A DNA stretch of 59,650 bases, counting the filler. It is 3 parts of 3 records of this genome, joined end to end, with 100 filler letters (N's around TTAATTAATTAA, not from the genome) between each part and the next. Parts side by side here need not be neighbours in the genome. Positions count along the whole stretch, not along the records: positions 1 to 13,145 come from SRR20825019_1185; positions 13,246 to 37,136 come from SRR20825019_1186; 1 more part is not named here. One strand, 5' to 3'. The position numbers and the translations under genes were made by a program. Positions within the stretch are counted from its first letter, which is position 1. Every line of letters begins with the position of its first letter. The notes below the pieces were generated by a model, which saw only the letters and a list, made by a program, of their open reading frames with translations, was not told the origin of the DNA and ran no database searches. Positions 1 through 13,302 of the stretch are shown here, piece by piece.

Positions 1-28
1 AACCAACCAACCAACCAACCAACCAACC
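1..28. repeat. (AACC)7 microsatellite at contig start
   Basis: Seven perfect AACC units; lies inside the intron opened by the minus-strand GTGAGT donor at 157. Confidence 0.9.
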
Positions 29-157
29 ACTCCCGAAGACAATCGAATTCTATAGTACACTAGAACACATGTTCAAAAGAGTATTCCATATCACAAATAC
101 TAGTATTGGGCAGCTGATATCTAGACTCTCAGACAACGGCTTGGAATCCCCACTCAC

Positions 158-715
158 CCTTCCTCGCGGTCATGCGCCACGGAGAGTTTGATCTGGTCCT
201 CGTCCTCGCCCTCGTCGTTATCGCCCGCCAGCTGAAACAGAACAAAGAGATCAGACATCAACGACGGCCGCACGAACCGCGCCAGACACCAGCACTCACG
301 TCGGTGGCGCTAGCGTAAGTGGACGAGGCGCGGTGAACGGCTCCCATTCGGGGGGAGTGAGCGTGGCCATGAGAAGTCTCGGCGGCGGATAAAATCTCTG
401 TTACGAGCCAGTCAGAAACAAAAACAGCAATAACCATGGGGGTGGAGCGTGAATATTCTCCAGCTGGACGTTTCCATCAAGGAGTTGGAGGGTGTCAAGT
501 TGGTAATATTGATGGGAGAAAAATGTGATGTGTGCAGGCAAGTCACTGGAGCTAGTGGCGCATGCACGAGGTAAGGCTACTGACGTCCTGTGCATCCACC
601 AAGCGAAAAATATGAAGGCGTTGTGCCAAACAGGCAACTCACCGCTCACGGTCTGTCCGTCACCCGCACTGAAGTTGGAGTCACTGCGACGACAATGCTT
701 AGGCTCGGTGTCCAT
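158..715 (-). CDS. 5' part of a spliced eukaryotic gene of unknown function, running off the contig
   Basis: Exons 715-643, 397-300 and 231-158 are joined by GTGAGT...CAG introns (642-398, 299-232) with CTGAY branch sites. They read in frame as MDTEPKHCRRSDSNFSAGDGQTVS-EILSAAETSHGHAHSPRMGAVHRASSTYASATD-LAGDNDEGEDEDQIKLSVAHDREE. Confidence 0.55.
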
Positions 716-1822
716 GGCTCGTTATGAGACAGCGGTGGTCGTTCACCGCCAATATTTCAAGAGGGTAACCGATGGCTAAACGGTCCCATGGCGCCTTGGT
801 CCACAGACGGTAGGCCCGTTGCCACGCTGCAAAAGCGAAGACCGCCGGTCGGCCTCCGCGGGAAGTTCCGTCAGCCGGCCAGCCCGGCCGCTGCGGCCAC
901 GGGTCGCACCGCGCCTGTCCTGGGGGGCGGCCGCCCGTGTGCGCCCGGGCCGGGCCTGGGCGCGGGGCGGCCCGGCCCGGCCCGGGCGGCCGGCCGGGCC
1001 GGCGGCGCCCGCCCCGGGGCGGGGCCCACCGGGCACCGGTCGTCGGGGGCTTGTCCGCGGCACTGCACGGCACGCGGCAGCAGGGGTTGCAAGCCTCGGC
1101 AAAGTTGACCCGGCCTGAGGTCCGTGACGAGGCCATGACAGTCCGGCTCCAGCCATAACCATGGTGGTTTGAACATTTACTCTGGACGTCAAACATTTTG
1201 GCGTCGCCTTAGGGATCATGATACCCGATACTTCCGGTGATCATTGGAGATCGAATCTCTCTCCCTGCGCGGACAGTGAGTGACGATCGCGACCGTGCCC
1301 AGGCGAGGAGGCCGGCCCGGCCGCCCGGCCGCCGGGCCGCGGGCGGCCCTCCGGCGGCACGAGCCCCGACAGCCTCGGGCGCACGTCCCAACCCTCAAAC
1401 GGTAGTCGGTCCTGGCCGCCAGCCGCCGGGACGTGGCGGCCCATGATGGCCCAGTGCTGGTCGATCATGGTCTTTTCAGAGAATAGAAGCGCGAGTCAAC
1501 TTTCGTTTCAGCGCCTCCCCGACGCACCCTGGCCGGCGGGCCGTGCCGGGGCCTAGTGACTCGAGATGCTGCTTGCCTGCGCCGAACATGACACGCGAAC
1601 TGGCCGGATCTCAGGGGAAGTTTCAGTCGAAAGCTGAGGGTGGTCGTGGTAGGTGGGGTTGCAGTGCCGCCTGATCCGAGTGAGGAACCCCCGACGGCAG
1701 GGCATTCGGCGGGGAGAGTGGGTTGTTCTGGCTAAGCGCCTCGACGTGGACCCCGGAACAGCCTGCGCCACTTAGATAGATAAAATCGAGTGATTGTGAA
1801 GTTTTGAAGCTCACAATTGAGG

Positions 1823-4800
1823 ATGGTCGTGGCGGAGGCTCAGGCAACTGCGGCGTTGCCTGGCAGTCCAGACACGCTTTCGGATAGGCCTGTTCGTGGG
1901 TCTGACTCAGGTGGTGATGGCGGTGAGGACGGAGGACACGGCAGCAAGGTCCCCAAAAGCCGCAGCCCGGACGGGAAGCCGCCACTCGCTCCGCAGGGTA
2001 GTCCCACTCTGGGCCACAAGGTCGCCGCGATCAGCGGCGATGACGCAGACAGGCTTGTCCGTGAGGCAGGACGGGCCAGTGCAAACTTCAAGTACGACAA
2101 AGCTATCCGCACACTACAAAAAGTCATTTCGCACGAGAGCAGGTTCGAACCCCGGGGGTCCCATTAGGGGAATGCCGCGCCTGCTAGTAAGGCCACTGAT
2201 ACTTTAATGCGCAGGACCGGAGGGAATGCTGTAAGACTCGCGATCGCGCTGGACGCGACAGCTGCGGCGGAGCGGCTACAAGGCAACTACGAGAAGGCGT
2301 TGGAGAGGTATCGATGCTTTCAGAGTGCGCTTCAGTTGCCTCGTGTTGAGTCTGCCTCAGGTACAAGCAGTGCTTCGACACGACGACAAAGCTGGTTTCA
2401 GGGGACGATGAAGGCGCCGACTACGGTTCGTCTGGCAACAGGGCCCTCCATCTCTCCGCCATAAACAACCTGGCGGCGATGCAGAGACGGCTGGGGCAGT
2501 ACCAGGCGGCTGGGGAGCTGCATGTGAAATGCCTGCAGGATCGCATCATGACGCAAGACGCCATCATGTAAGCTCTAACGCCACTTGCCATCCCCGGTCC
2601 ATCGCAACCTCGCTCCATGCACATGTCAGTCGGAAACAATTGAGCTTACCTTCCTTGCAGGATCGCCCGGTCGTTAAACAATGCCGCACTGGTGGACATT
2701 GATCTTGGATACTACGGCTCGGCCCAAGAGATGCTGGAGCAGTGCCAAGATCTCTTGGCTAAGGGCCCTAGGCAGTACTGGGCGCGTCGTGTGGGCCGTT
2801 TAAGCCTAGGAGGTGAGAGGTCCCAGGCCTACATCGTCCCGGCACTACGCGGCGTTGTGGTGGTGGTAAGTTGTGCAGAGGCGGGGGTATTCGCGGCGGA
2901 AGAACTTATCGATGACGCCAGAATGATGACTTCAAAATGCTGGGAAAAGAGGGCAGTCTCCAGGCAAGCTACCGAGCACCAATCCGTGATGTCGCTTATT
3001 CTACTTACGAGTCGCTTGTGGCGGTGAGTGACTTTGCGGGAACCAAGTGTACCAATATTTGTTCGGACTCCTAATTCATTTGCCGTCAGGTTGCCGAACG
3101 GGGCCATGGCGGTCGCATCGTTGTGTCATTGGCATCTCAAGGCCCTGGGGAGAGTGTGGCTCTTCCCGAGCTAGCGGTGTGGCAGCTAGGACAGAGCGTG
3201 GAGGTATGCCGAGACCCTATTGATGACTGTAGATTCAGGGCCACGCCTAACCTCGATTTCAGGCTGTTGCCGTCAGCCTCGTCCCCGAGAGACGCGGCGT
3301 GGTTTGGGCGACGGTACACCGCGCGACCGGGGAGATGGAGCTGTCTGTGGGCCAGATTCCCTCCTTGGCAGAGACTGACGGGCCCGCACCGCCGGTCACC
3401 GTTCCTCTGGCTCCACTTCCAAAACGGTGCATCGCCGTGAACCTGGCGACAACATTCACCACCAGCGGCAGGATACTCATCGCTCTATCGGCGCAGAACT
3501 GCGCTCAGCCGTTGCTGACCCCTTCAGGAAAGACTGAAGAGCCCACGGCGAGAACAGGGCATCTCCTATTTATTTCTCTAGATAACACGGGCTCTCCCTC
3601 AGTCTCTGCATGGGAAGGCTCAAGTGATGGCTTCCTGCCCGAGTGCCTCAGCTGGACCAGGTTGGTTAGTTGGACCCGGGCTAGGACATAGCACTGACGG
3701 TATATGTTGCAGCACAATGAGTCTGGCCGTCGGCTGTCGGGATGGGTCAGTCGTGATCATATCTCACGATGGACCAATCTCCACAACAACCACCCAACCG
3801 CACAGTATGGTCTATCGCAGTGCAGATTCAAGCCGACATACTGACGTTTTTGTTCCAGAACTCCGAGGCACTGGTGGTGATTCACACGGGATTTCTACCT
3901 TGATACCGTGGAGATGCCCTTTCGACTCGGAGGGATTTTTGGCGGGTGATCGGAACGGAACAATATACGCATGTGGCCAGGCTCCTTCAAGTGAAGGACT
4001 GACAGTACAAGTTTCGGCTCTGCTGGAGCCGCTCATGGCAATCCGAGATATCACACTTATGCGCGTGGACGGGGCGGCGGCGGCGCGCGCAATGTGCGTT
4101 CTGGATGATGGCCGCATCTTCGCCGTGACTTTGCCCACTAGTCAGTCACACGTCGCGGCCAAATCGCCGTGGGCACCCACAGTGCAGTACATGACATCTC
4201 AAGGTAGGACATGGCCATTATGATCTCATAATCAGCTCCTGATTGGTCGCTCCAGGACACTTCCTGCCCGACCCTCCACCCCAGCCACAAGCGGGAAAGA
4301 CGGCGATGTCTAACGATGATGCTGGAATCGAGGAGGCGACACTGAGGAGTGTTCAGGGCTGGCTGGGCCTCGAAAAAGGGTCTTATGTCACCGCAGGTAC
4401 GGCCGGGCATCGGTAGTGGCAAGCGCTCCTATCTGACACCCTATTGCAGGAGAGGACTTCCGCCGAGCTGTGACGGCGTATGAATCCACCCTCGGGCCCT
4501 CACATCCCGACACCACCGAGGCCCGCCTAGGCTTCGCCACTGCAATGGATTGTGTAGGGGACTATACAACCGCCCGTAACATCTATGAACAGTGCCTCGC
4601 CACGACACAGTCCACACTGGGTACCCGGCACCCTTTGTACGCCGCGGCGCTGAACGGACTAGGGAGTGTGAATCAATCGGAGGGCAACACTGAAAGCGCG
4701 ATGGAGAATTACCAGCAATCGGCACAGTGAGTGGTGGATTGTTGGGAATGACTGATTGCAAAGTGACATGGGGTGCTTTTGCGTAACCAGGGTTTATCGA

Positions 4801-7800
4801 GGGGTGCTCGGCGAGCGGCATCCGACCTTGGCCACCGTTCTCAACAACATTGCCTCAATTCACGTTGAGAATGAAGAATATGACGAAGCCCTGCGCTTGT
4901 ACACCCAATGCCTGGAGACCGAGGTAATTCCGAGCTGGTCATTGACGCATCGGTGCGCTAACCCACTATGCGACTAGACCGCTGCATTGGGTAGCATTCA
5001 CCCTCACTGCGCACGAACACTGAATAATCGTGCTCGGACCCTCGAGGCGACAGGGCAGCTGGAGGATGCGCGACTGGAGTATCAGGTGGGGTGCTCATTG
5101 TTGATTCCGTGAACGGGCTGGGGATGAACTCTTTCCATCACAGAAATGCATCGATGCTTTGGAGCGGACGGTCGGAGTGCATAGTGCACACTACAACACC
5201 GTCCTGGCAAACCAGGCCTACCTGAACGTGGAGCTTGGAAACTTCGCAGAGGTACTATTATTCCATATCATACAATATTCCCCAGGTGCTAATTTTCAAA
5301 ACGTGCTCAGGCCATGGTCCTCTATGAGACTGCCGAGCGCTTGTTGGCAACCCGGCTCCAGCCTATCCTTCAATCCAAGGCAACCAGTCTCTCGCTCGAG
5401 TCCATACATGAGCTCATGGCTTATGTTGATATACTGCGCCATCTAGGTACCATCAATCCTGCCAGGATCACCATATTGGACATTACTAACGATTGCTGTG
5501 AATTGCAACCCCAGGGCAAGCGTGTTACGAGGACGGCAATGAGGATGACGCCCTGAACTGGTTCCTAAAGTGCCGCGACACCTACGAATTGTTCGTGTGG
5601 AAATCGACGAATCTGTCATCGGAAGTTGTATCCGCGGCAGGTGAGCTCCTCCGAGACGCCTGAACGAAACATGATTCTGATTGAGAATTACCTAGCACAC
5701 ACTGGCCTGCCCAATGGAATGTCCAGGCCGCGCCTTAACAGCGGCGCCTATGACTACCAGGAGGATGTGGAGCATGATAGTCACGATGATGCAAGCGTGA
5801 GGAGCGTGCCGGAAATCGCTGAAGAGGCTGGTGGAGTGCCGGAGGACGATGATGCGGTGGTGATCGGAGACATAGAGGGACTTCGCAGCCGGCAGGAAAC
5901 AGCATCAGTTGGCGCAGCGGCAGGTGACATCAAACCAAATGAAAGGTGCGTTGGTCAACTGTGGTGAGTGCTTTGTGATGCTGATTTTGCCGGCGTCATA
6001 GCCTGGGACCGCGCGAGGCGGAGGAGGCCTTGGATGACTATGAGAGTGTGTTGGGTGATATTGCGGTTCTTCAAGAGAAGCAAGGGGACATGAAGGATGC
6101 ACTGGCCACTCATGAGTAAGCAGAGTTTGCAGGGAGCACCATTGGCATCGGTATAACAAAGACTGCAGAAAACGACTCCTAGTTTTTGACGGGAGGTTAC
6201 GGCAAACAGCGACCCAGCCGAAGCCGTCCCGGCAGCCTTCTGATATTTCTCCAGAGGCGCCGCCCGATATGGCTGGGCCCACTCTAGATTCAAGCTTTGA
6301 CGAAGCTAACGGAAGGTGATGTCGGCGCGGGCGAGGTACTGGCTTGGGATATCTAACCTCCTCGGCACAGCATGCGAATCAGGAAACTTGGGCCAACCGA
6401 TACATTTGGCATGGATTCCTTCTCCCGCACCAACTCACGTTCGGGCGAGATGGCACTGAGACGTGCGCGTGTATACAACTCCATCTCGTATGTGTACCTT
6501 ACGGTAGGTTCCGTTTTGAGATTTCGCAGCTGTACCTGACTCCGACGCGAAGATGGGGAGGCTTGACTTGGCACACCAGTACTTCAATGAAAACATTGAT
6601 CTGTGTGCCCAATACCTTACGGGCGGGGCGGTGGCTGCAGCGGTGGTGGCGCAGTCCACGCCCTCGCCCGCACTGAGGCACTCGGCCGCTCATTCTCCCC
6701 AGGACTCCTTCAGTCTTGACAAATCATCTCCCATCATCGGGGTCCCTGTAGGCAGCAGTATTCCTGTTCCTTCGCCTCCCTCGTCACCATCGCCGCCCAA
6801 CCGCCGCTTGGGGTCGCGCTCAGGATCACTGAATGGACGGGGTGAGAAACTCTGACGCTTTGATGATAATATGCAGCTATTGACAAGTCTCTTCTCGAAA
6901 TGCAGCGACGCCAGTGCCTCTTCATCACCAGTCATCGTCATCATCAGTTGGTGTCCTTCAGCGTGTGGGCCCGGACGTCATGGACCTTGTCAAGAATGCC
7001 GCCAGGTCCAATGAGCTTGTGGCAACAACCTTTGCAACAGCGCTCGAAGGCCTGGGGACTCTCGCGTTTAAGAAGGTGTGCCGCGCATGCGGATTCAGAC
7101 ATTGAGGGATCCGGGTTAACAAATTCACAGAATGAGTACATGCGGGCCATGGAGTGCTTCCAATCTGTTCTCTCGATATATGAACAGCAACAGGGCGCGG
7201 TGTCTCCACAAAGCAGCGGCCGCGATGTCTCCATGGGTGGAAAGGGCAGCGGCCTTCGATCACCACGCCGCACCACACTCACGAGTCGAAGGTACGTTCT
7301 CTCACAAGGTCATGGGCTGGGGAGCTTATGCAGTCACATTCGTAGCCCCGGCATTGCCATCAAACGCCTGCTGAATCACGTCTTGGCGCTTCACGAGGAG
7401 AGAGCACTTCTAGCCGTGGAGGAGCACGTAAGTTGGAGTTGGAGTCGCCGTTTGAAGTCATCGGGCACCAACCACTATACTTACCAGGACCATTCCCCCG
7501 CCTTGACGCACTACAACGTGTGTGTTCAGATCATCACAGACCAGAATCTGGACTCCCTGGTTAGAAATGCCGACATCAATGACGATGATGACCTTGTTGG
7601 GTAAGTGTTCGGGCCTTGGTATCGCCAGAGCCTCTCTCTGACATCCGATGGCAGTGGTGAGCGCGCACTGAATGAAATCAAGCTTTCGAAACTTGGGCAC
7701 GATTTCGAGCGGTTGGAGCGGTTGCTCCGTATCCTTGTTGCCAAGGCCGCTGTAATTGAGAAGCAGGGCAATTACAGTGCGGCTACGGATCTCTGCGCTG

Positions 7801-10800
7801 AAATCCGGAGCATTATTGAGGTGGAAAAACTTATGCTGACTTGGACGTTGCGGTTGATCTGACGGCCCATATACGATAGCGGAGTGTGGAAGAGATACTG
7901 GTGGAGGGGGTACACCCCGATATTGCCTTGATACATAGCGAGGCTCGAAATATGATCAGTAGGCGAAAGCGATAGTTATTTCAAGGGGACCGGAACTGAC
8001 TGGACTGATATCGCAGAGAGAGATAAGATCCTTGCGGAATATCGAGTGGGCCTTCGTCAGGTGTATCTCTACCTTCATGCCCGCTATGACGAGATCAAGG
8101 GAGTGTTCACTGCCTTCTGTGAACCCTTCCCCGCGGACAACGACTTTGGCGACAATGCCGAAAATGCAAGTGCGAACGTGATGCACACCGACGCATTCAA
8201 AAGATTTGTTGAGGAAGCGAAGCTGGCTGGCGATGACCAGACGGGACCGCCTTATGTGACAGCTTTCGTTGATGATCTGCGACAGCGGGCAGTACGGGCA
8301 CTGGGTGACGACCCCAGGGATGACGGTGCGTCCCTTCTCTGTGCTTTCTTCTTGTGGTTTTGGTGTTTCGGTTATTGGATACATGCCCGTGTGATCCAAG
8401 GCGCCACCGATAGCATTTGTTTCTAACTTCACTGCAGATTCCAGTCTCGATGAGGGAGCCGATGATCAGCTCACGCTGCCAATGTTTATCATGTCTCTAT
8501 TATTCTTTGCGCATGAGAAATATCACGTGAGTTGTTGGCGAAGGGTTGCGACCGTAGAGGGTTTCTCACACAACCTCAGGAGGAGCTGGATATCCTCTCA
8601 ATAGACAAGGTCAAGAGTATGTTTGAGGGGCATATCATTGGGGTGGCGCACTCTGAGGGCCCACATTCTGGCCCGGTGAACGTTGACACTCCGCCATCGT
8701 TGTTAAGGAACATGAAAATCATTGAGGATATTGAGTCGAAAGTTCGAAGTGTAGACACGCGTACCCAGGCGCCCTTAGGCAGACAGGATAACGATGCTGC
8801 GGAGTCATCAGCAGGTAAATGAACCCGTCTGTGCCAATGCGGAGTGTGATAGCCGACGTGGGTGTACAGATGATGGAGAGGACGATGACGATGACTATGA
8901 CGATGAATGGGAAGAAAATGAGGTGGAAGAGGCGTGGTACACCAGCGAATCGGAGTCATCTGAAGGAACGAACCTGGAGGACCCCGGTATATGATATCGA
9001 ACAATGAGGATGAAACGTTGGATGCTGAATATTTATATCTCAGATGAGGAGGTCGGAGTGGACATAGACGGAGTCGAGCTTGACGATGGAGCCATCCCCC
9101 ACCATTTCAAGTGCCCTATAACCCAAGAGCTTATGACATTTCCAGTCGTCGCGGTGGATGGCCAGACGTATGATAGGCAGTCCATCCGCAAGTGGTTCCG
9201 TCGCAGTCGCCGATCTCCCCTTACGGTAACCCTCGCGCCTCACACACATCGTAGCCATTGACATACCATACTTCAGGGCTTGCGGCTTCGACGGATCTTT
9301 ATTCCCAACTATAATCTGAAAAGTCAGATCAGCGACTTTGTTGACACCGAGCGAGAACGGCAGACTGCGACGAATACGAGCCAGTCGGGATCCCTTCCTC
9401 GCGCACTTGATTTCTCCGCCGAGCTGTCCACATCCCAGAATGTGCATCAGGATGCCAGCACGACGGCTCCATCCGATACCGACCTCAGCGTCGATCGCTC
9501 ACGTTACTTCAACAATTCGAGGGTAGGCCCCTGGAGTCTTGTCATTGCCCCAGCTCACTCCGGTCCGTGTGTCCTGCCATAGGCATCAGCTCAATCCGAG
9601 GGTGCGGAGAGTTCTAGCACCTCGCGTCACCGCCAATCACGGACAACCTCCGCCAGGCACCGGTACGACTGGCGCATCCTTATGTATATCAACCAGCGCC
9701 ATGATGAACTGACATTCGATTCCAGAATTATGGAACGATTCAGACTGGAGGCGGGGCTTCTCTCGCGTGCACTCAGGGTTGCTACGGATGTCTCTGATGA
9801 TGCTGTCCCCGGTTCTTCAGATTGCCCGATCCACAAGGCGGCTCCCCTTGAGCCGATGAATGAATCATCTGAGTGCACTTGTGCTGTTGAACAGGTTTCA
9901 TATTGGAGATCACTGTGCCACTCGCTTCGTCACCGGACCGCCAGGGTAGACCTGGCAGGCTGGTCGGAGCCCGGCCGAGTGAAGGAATTGTTTGAAAAGT
10001 GTAACGCCGCTGAACTTCTTGAAACGGATCTCTTCAATTGGATTGAGTCGAGGCTGGGCGAGGGTAAGGATTGCAAGGTAAGTAGGGCGCTTCCGAGGAA
10101 CGGGATGCGGTGCCATGTACCAACTGTGTCGTCCTGCAGGTCCTTCGGCATTCACCGCAAGAGATCGCAGGATCACTCGGCGAACCAAATGCCGCGGACG
10201 TGGTGGCATGGACATACATAGGTGAGGCGGCACTGGGATGTCGCTGAATTGATAATGGCTGACGAATGTTGACCGGATTCAGATGTTCCGACGCTTCCAG
10301 CGGTTCGTAAGCTGCCAGCCTGCGCGCACACCCTGACACACCTCGGCATGGACACTTGCCAAGTGTTCATTGAGCTTGAGGGTAGCCTTGTGATCAGTGT
10401 GGACAGCAGCAGCACATTCAACAGCGATGAGAGCAAGGAGCTTCTGGAATCCCTCTGCAACATTGCGACAATGGATCCCGGGCTGGTGGCGTATGCGCGC
10501 GCAATCGCTCGCACCCATGTGCAGCCCCGGGCGGCCGATGATGACTCCTCACCAATAGCCACGACTGATGGAGCGGAGAAAGAGGAGAAGGCGGCGGATA
10601 CTGTGCCCAACTCGGTCGGAACGGACGAGGAAGCCACCCCGCGATCCAGCAATGGTGGCTCTCAGCCCCAATCCAGCGGCACGCGGAGCGACTCGTCGTT
10701 TGGTGCACTCTTTCCTGCCGGAATCTGCCATGACTTGGGCGAGGTTGCTCGGGAGCTGTTGCGAAAGCGGGTGATGTGTCAACGTGTCGTGAGCGCCCAG

Positions 10801-12648
10801 TCACTGGGGGTTGGTGCGGCCGTCATTGAAATGACAGTTACCGGGCCTGCGGGGTGGCTTGCGACACGGGTTGAAAATGAGGAGCGCATCCGCCGAGGGC
10901 CCGACGCGGGGATTGCCGATGACGTAAACAGCGTCGGGGCACTTCAGGACGGAGAGTAAGTCGAAATTGTACGGTTGCGCCAACACGGCTCTGATATCTG
11001 TCTTAGGCTTTGGTGGATGCCCCGTTGCTTGGTGCCGGTAGACTTCGATCATGACCGGTACGGGGAGGCACAAGTGAAGTCTTGCCTCAGCAAACTAGGG
11101 ATTCCCGCCGGTGATGTAATGTCGGTATCCCGACGAGATGATGCGACACACAAACGCTCCGTCAAGTTCAATGAAGAGGCCGACCCTGGTGAGAATAATT
11201 CCCGCCAATCAACCTGTTTCTATATTTAGAACTCATGGGCGGTTTGATACAGATGATGAGAACGAGGAAGGCTTCGATATCAGCATCCGGGTGTTTCCGT
11301 ACCACGTGGAGTGCGTTACCTCGGGATGGACTGAATCCGTCTCCCGCGGCCTGAATCTTTCCGATAACGAGCGGCTGGTCCGGCATCGGCCTTCGGGCTT
11401 GGTCGAGACTGACATCACAGGTGCGTTGGCTGTGATCATGGGTGGACCCCCTCTGACTGTGGTTTCCAGGGACAGTGGATGTCAAGTGGATTGCAGGAGA
11501 AGATGTGTCTTGTCTCCCAGGCCACGCGGCGGCGTCCGATGCCATTGTGAGTGCACTTGTATGATAGATGAGACACCTGTCTAACTGAATGTATAGTGCC
11601 GGGTCTCGTGTGAGTTAGAGCTTGCGGAACTGATTCAACAGGCTGATCGGACACCCGCACCATCTGCCCCACCTGCCCCTGCCGTCCTAGCTGAGTACCG
11701 CAACGAGGTTCGAAAACTGCTGGGGCTGGCTGCGCAAGGCCACGATGGGGAGAGATCCAAAGATGAAATCATGGAGGAACTCGGCTCTGTTCCAATCAAC
11801 CAGTTATCCTTGTCCTCTGACGACCATGACAAGGCACTTTGTATCATAGCATGGGACGAGATTGCTGCGGTAGGTGGTGGCGGGTGGCGGCGGACCGGCG
11901 CGGTTTTGAGCTGATAATTCCGTGCTGCAGCACCATATCAGCAAAAAGGAACCCTCCAAGGCCATGAAATACTATCAAAGGTAAGTGGCTCCGGCTTCCC
12001 AAGGGTGACAATGGGTTAACCCCTACTATCCAGAATCGTCGACTCCACAAGCAATATGGACCGCCCTGACCTCTCGGAGACTTACGCACGCGCCATAGCC
12101 TCCATGGCAGGTGTTCACAGGTACTATCCCAGTCATCCATCGAACCCCGCCATCCGGATCTATATACACATGCATGGATCTCTATACAACCCCATTGCAC
12201 CAGCACCACTAACAAAGTATACACATATCAGATCTCTCAAGGACCACTCAGAGAGCGAGAAGCATTACACACGCGCACGGGAAGTGTGCCGCGCCAACAA
12301 GCTCCAGTCCACTTCGGTATACCATGACATTCTTTACGACTTTGCTGGAGTGTCGTGCCTATTGGCAAAAGAACGCAAGGACGAACCCGAAACCGCCGAA
12401 ACCCACGGCCAGGCAGCCCTGGACGCCCTGCAAGAACTCCGTGGACTCCTGGGGAAGAATCACTCCAAATATTGTAGGGAAACACCCTTGCACACAACTG
12501 AAACATGAACTAATTGTGTCTGTTTGCAGTGAGCACGCTTCACCTCACCGCCCGAGTGGCTCGGCTTGTGAAGGATGGCAAGGTGGTCGCTCAGGTGGAG
12601 AAGGAGTTTGCATCCGCGGTAGCGGGCCTCTCCTCGCCCGTCAAATAG
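1823..12648 (+). CDS. Large multi-exon eukaryotic gene: KLC/NPHP3-type TPR repeats, beta-propeller-like region, U-box domain, C-terminal TPRs
   Basis: More than 25 short GT-AG introns restore frame (e.g. 2143-2214, 2308-2360, 2568-2660, 4924-4977, 6116-6168, 9226-9276, 12474-12529). TPRs include LGERHPTLATVLNNIASIHVENEEYDEALRLYTQCLE; WD40-like strands include IRDVAYS and LAVGCRDGSVVI; the U-box reads HFKCPITQELMTFPVVAVDGQTYDRQSIRKWF..SPLT..IPNYNLKSQI; stop TAG at 12646-12648. Not every junction was resolved, so it could be two genes. Confidence 0.75.
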
Positions 12649-13108
12649 CGAGCATCGTCGCCAGTGTAAAAATAGAACCACCTTGTTTCAGTTCTTTTTG
12701 GTTCAAAGTACACTAAGGCAACCGACTCACGGATTCACTGTGACATAGGCGGCTCAGTCATCACAACCCTGCCTGAACCCGCGCCATGATTCTATGAACA
12801 TGAAAATCGGTCCTCCGTGCCGGTTTGTCGTTATCAAGTCTGCCTCTCGCGGTTTACTTAAGCGGTGAAGCCACACCCGCACCCACCAGCTCCGCTCCCC
12901 GCCGGAGACGGTCAGCCGCGAGTTAGGCGCCGGGGGGCCAACCGGGTCCCGCAAACCACCGCCGTCGCCCGGGGCCGGAGCCCGGGCACGGCGCCCGGTG
13001 CCCGCGCCGGCGCCGCGGCCCCCCCCCGGCTGGGGCCGGCCGCCGCCCGGCCTCCCGGCTCCCGCGGTGGGCCAACGGCCTCTCGAGGCCCGGCAAAGAA
13101 AAAAAAAT

Positions 13109-13145
13109 TACAAGAGGTGGGGATCGAACCCACGACCTTGTGCGT
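13109..13145 (-). tRNA. 3' half of a tRNA gene truncated by the contig end; isotype not determinable
   Basis: Minus strand AC-GCACA-AGGTC-GTGGG-TTCGATC-CCCAC-CTCTTGT-A gives 3' anticodon stem, variable loop, T arm and acceptor strand; no encoded CCA; followed by a T-run (13099-13107) typical of a Pol III terminator. Confidence 0.85.
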
Positions 13146-13245
13146 NNNNNNNNNNNNNNNNNNNNNNNNNNNNNNNNNNNNNNNNNNNNTTAATTAATTA
13201 ANNNNNNNNNNNNNNNNNNNNNNNNNNNNNNNNNNNNNNNNNNNN
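13146..13245. other. Artificial contig linker
   Basis: 44 N + TTAATTAATTAA (stops in all six frames) + 44 N. Confidence 0.99.
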
Positions 13246-13271
13246 GTCCCGGCTCTCCGGCCGGGATGACG
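13246..13271. repeat. Right arm of an alphaproteobacterial intergenic palindromic repeat at the contig edge
   Basis: GTCCCGGC-TCTCCG-GCCGGGATGACG hairpin; resembles the right arm of the element at 46642-46718. Confidence 0.55.
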
Positions 13272-13302
13272 ATTACTTTTAGTTCCTTCTCAGAACCCAC
13301 CC

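Noticed and set aside
1-28. (AACC)n as a telomere
   Set aside because: Short, not a telomere unit I recognise, and intronic; a microsatellite at an assembly break is simpler
183-196. AGAGTTTGATCTGG resembles the 16S rRNA 27F primer site
   Set aside because: Nothing downstream resembles rRNA; it lies antisense within a coding exon
699-1468. Many overlapping Arg/Pro/Gly/Ala-rich ORFs
   Set aside because: Artefact of extreme GC content in an intergenic region
6116-6132. Possible 17-nt micro-intron that keeps the frame
   Set aside because: The acceptor at 6168 gives a typical 53-nt intron and a better TPR helix (DALATHEKRLLVF)
1823-12648. Fragmented ORFs as a sign of alternative genetic code or pseudogene
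   Set aside because: Every stop I examined falls in a canonical GT-AG intron or an alternative frame
13146-13245. TTAATTAATTAA as a biological motif
   Set aside because: Identical synthetic spacer flanked by 44 Ns at both joins
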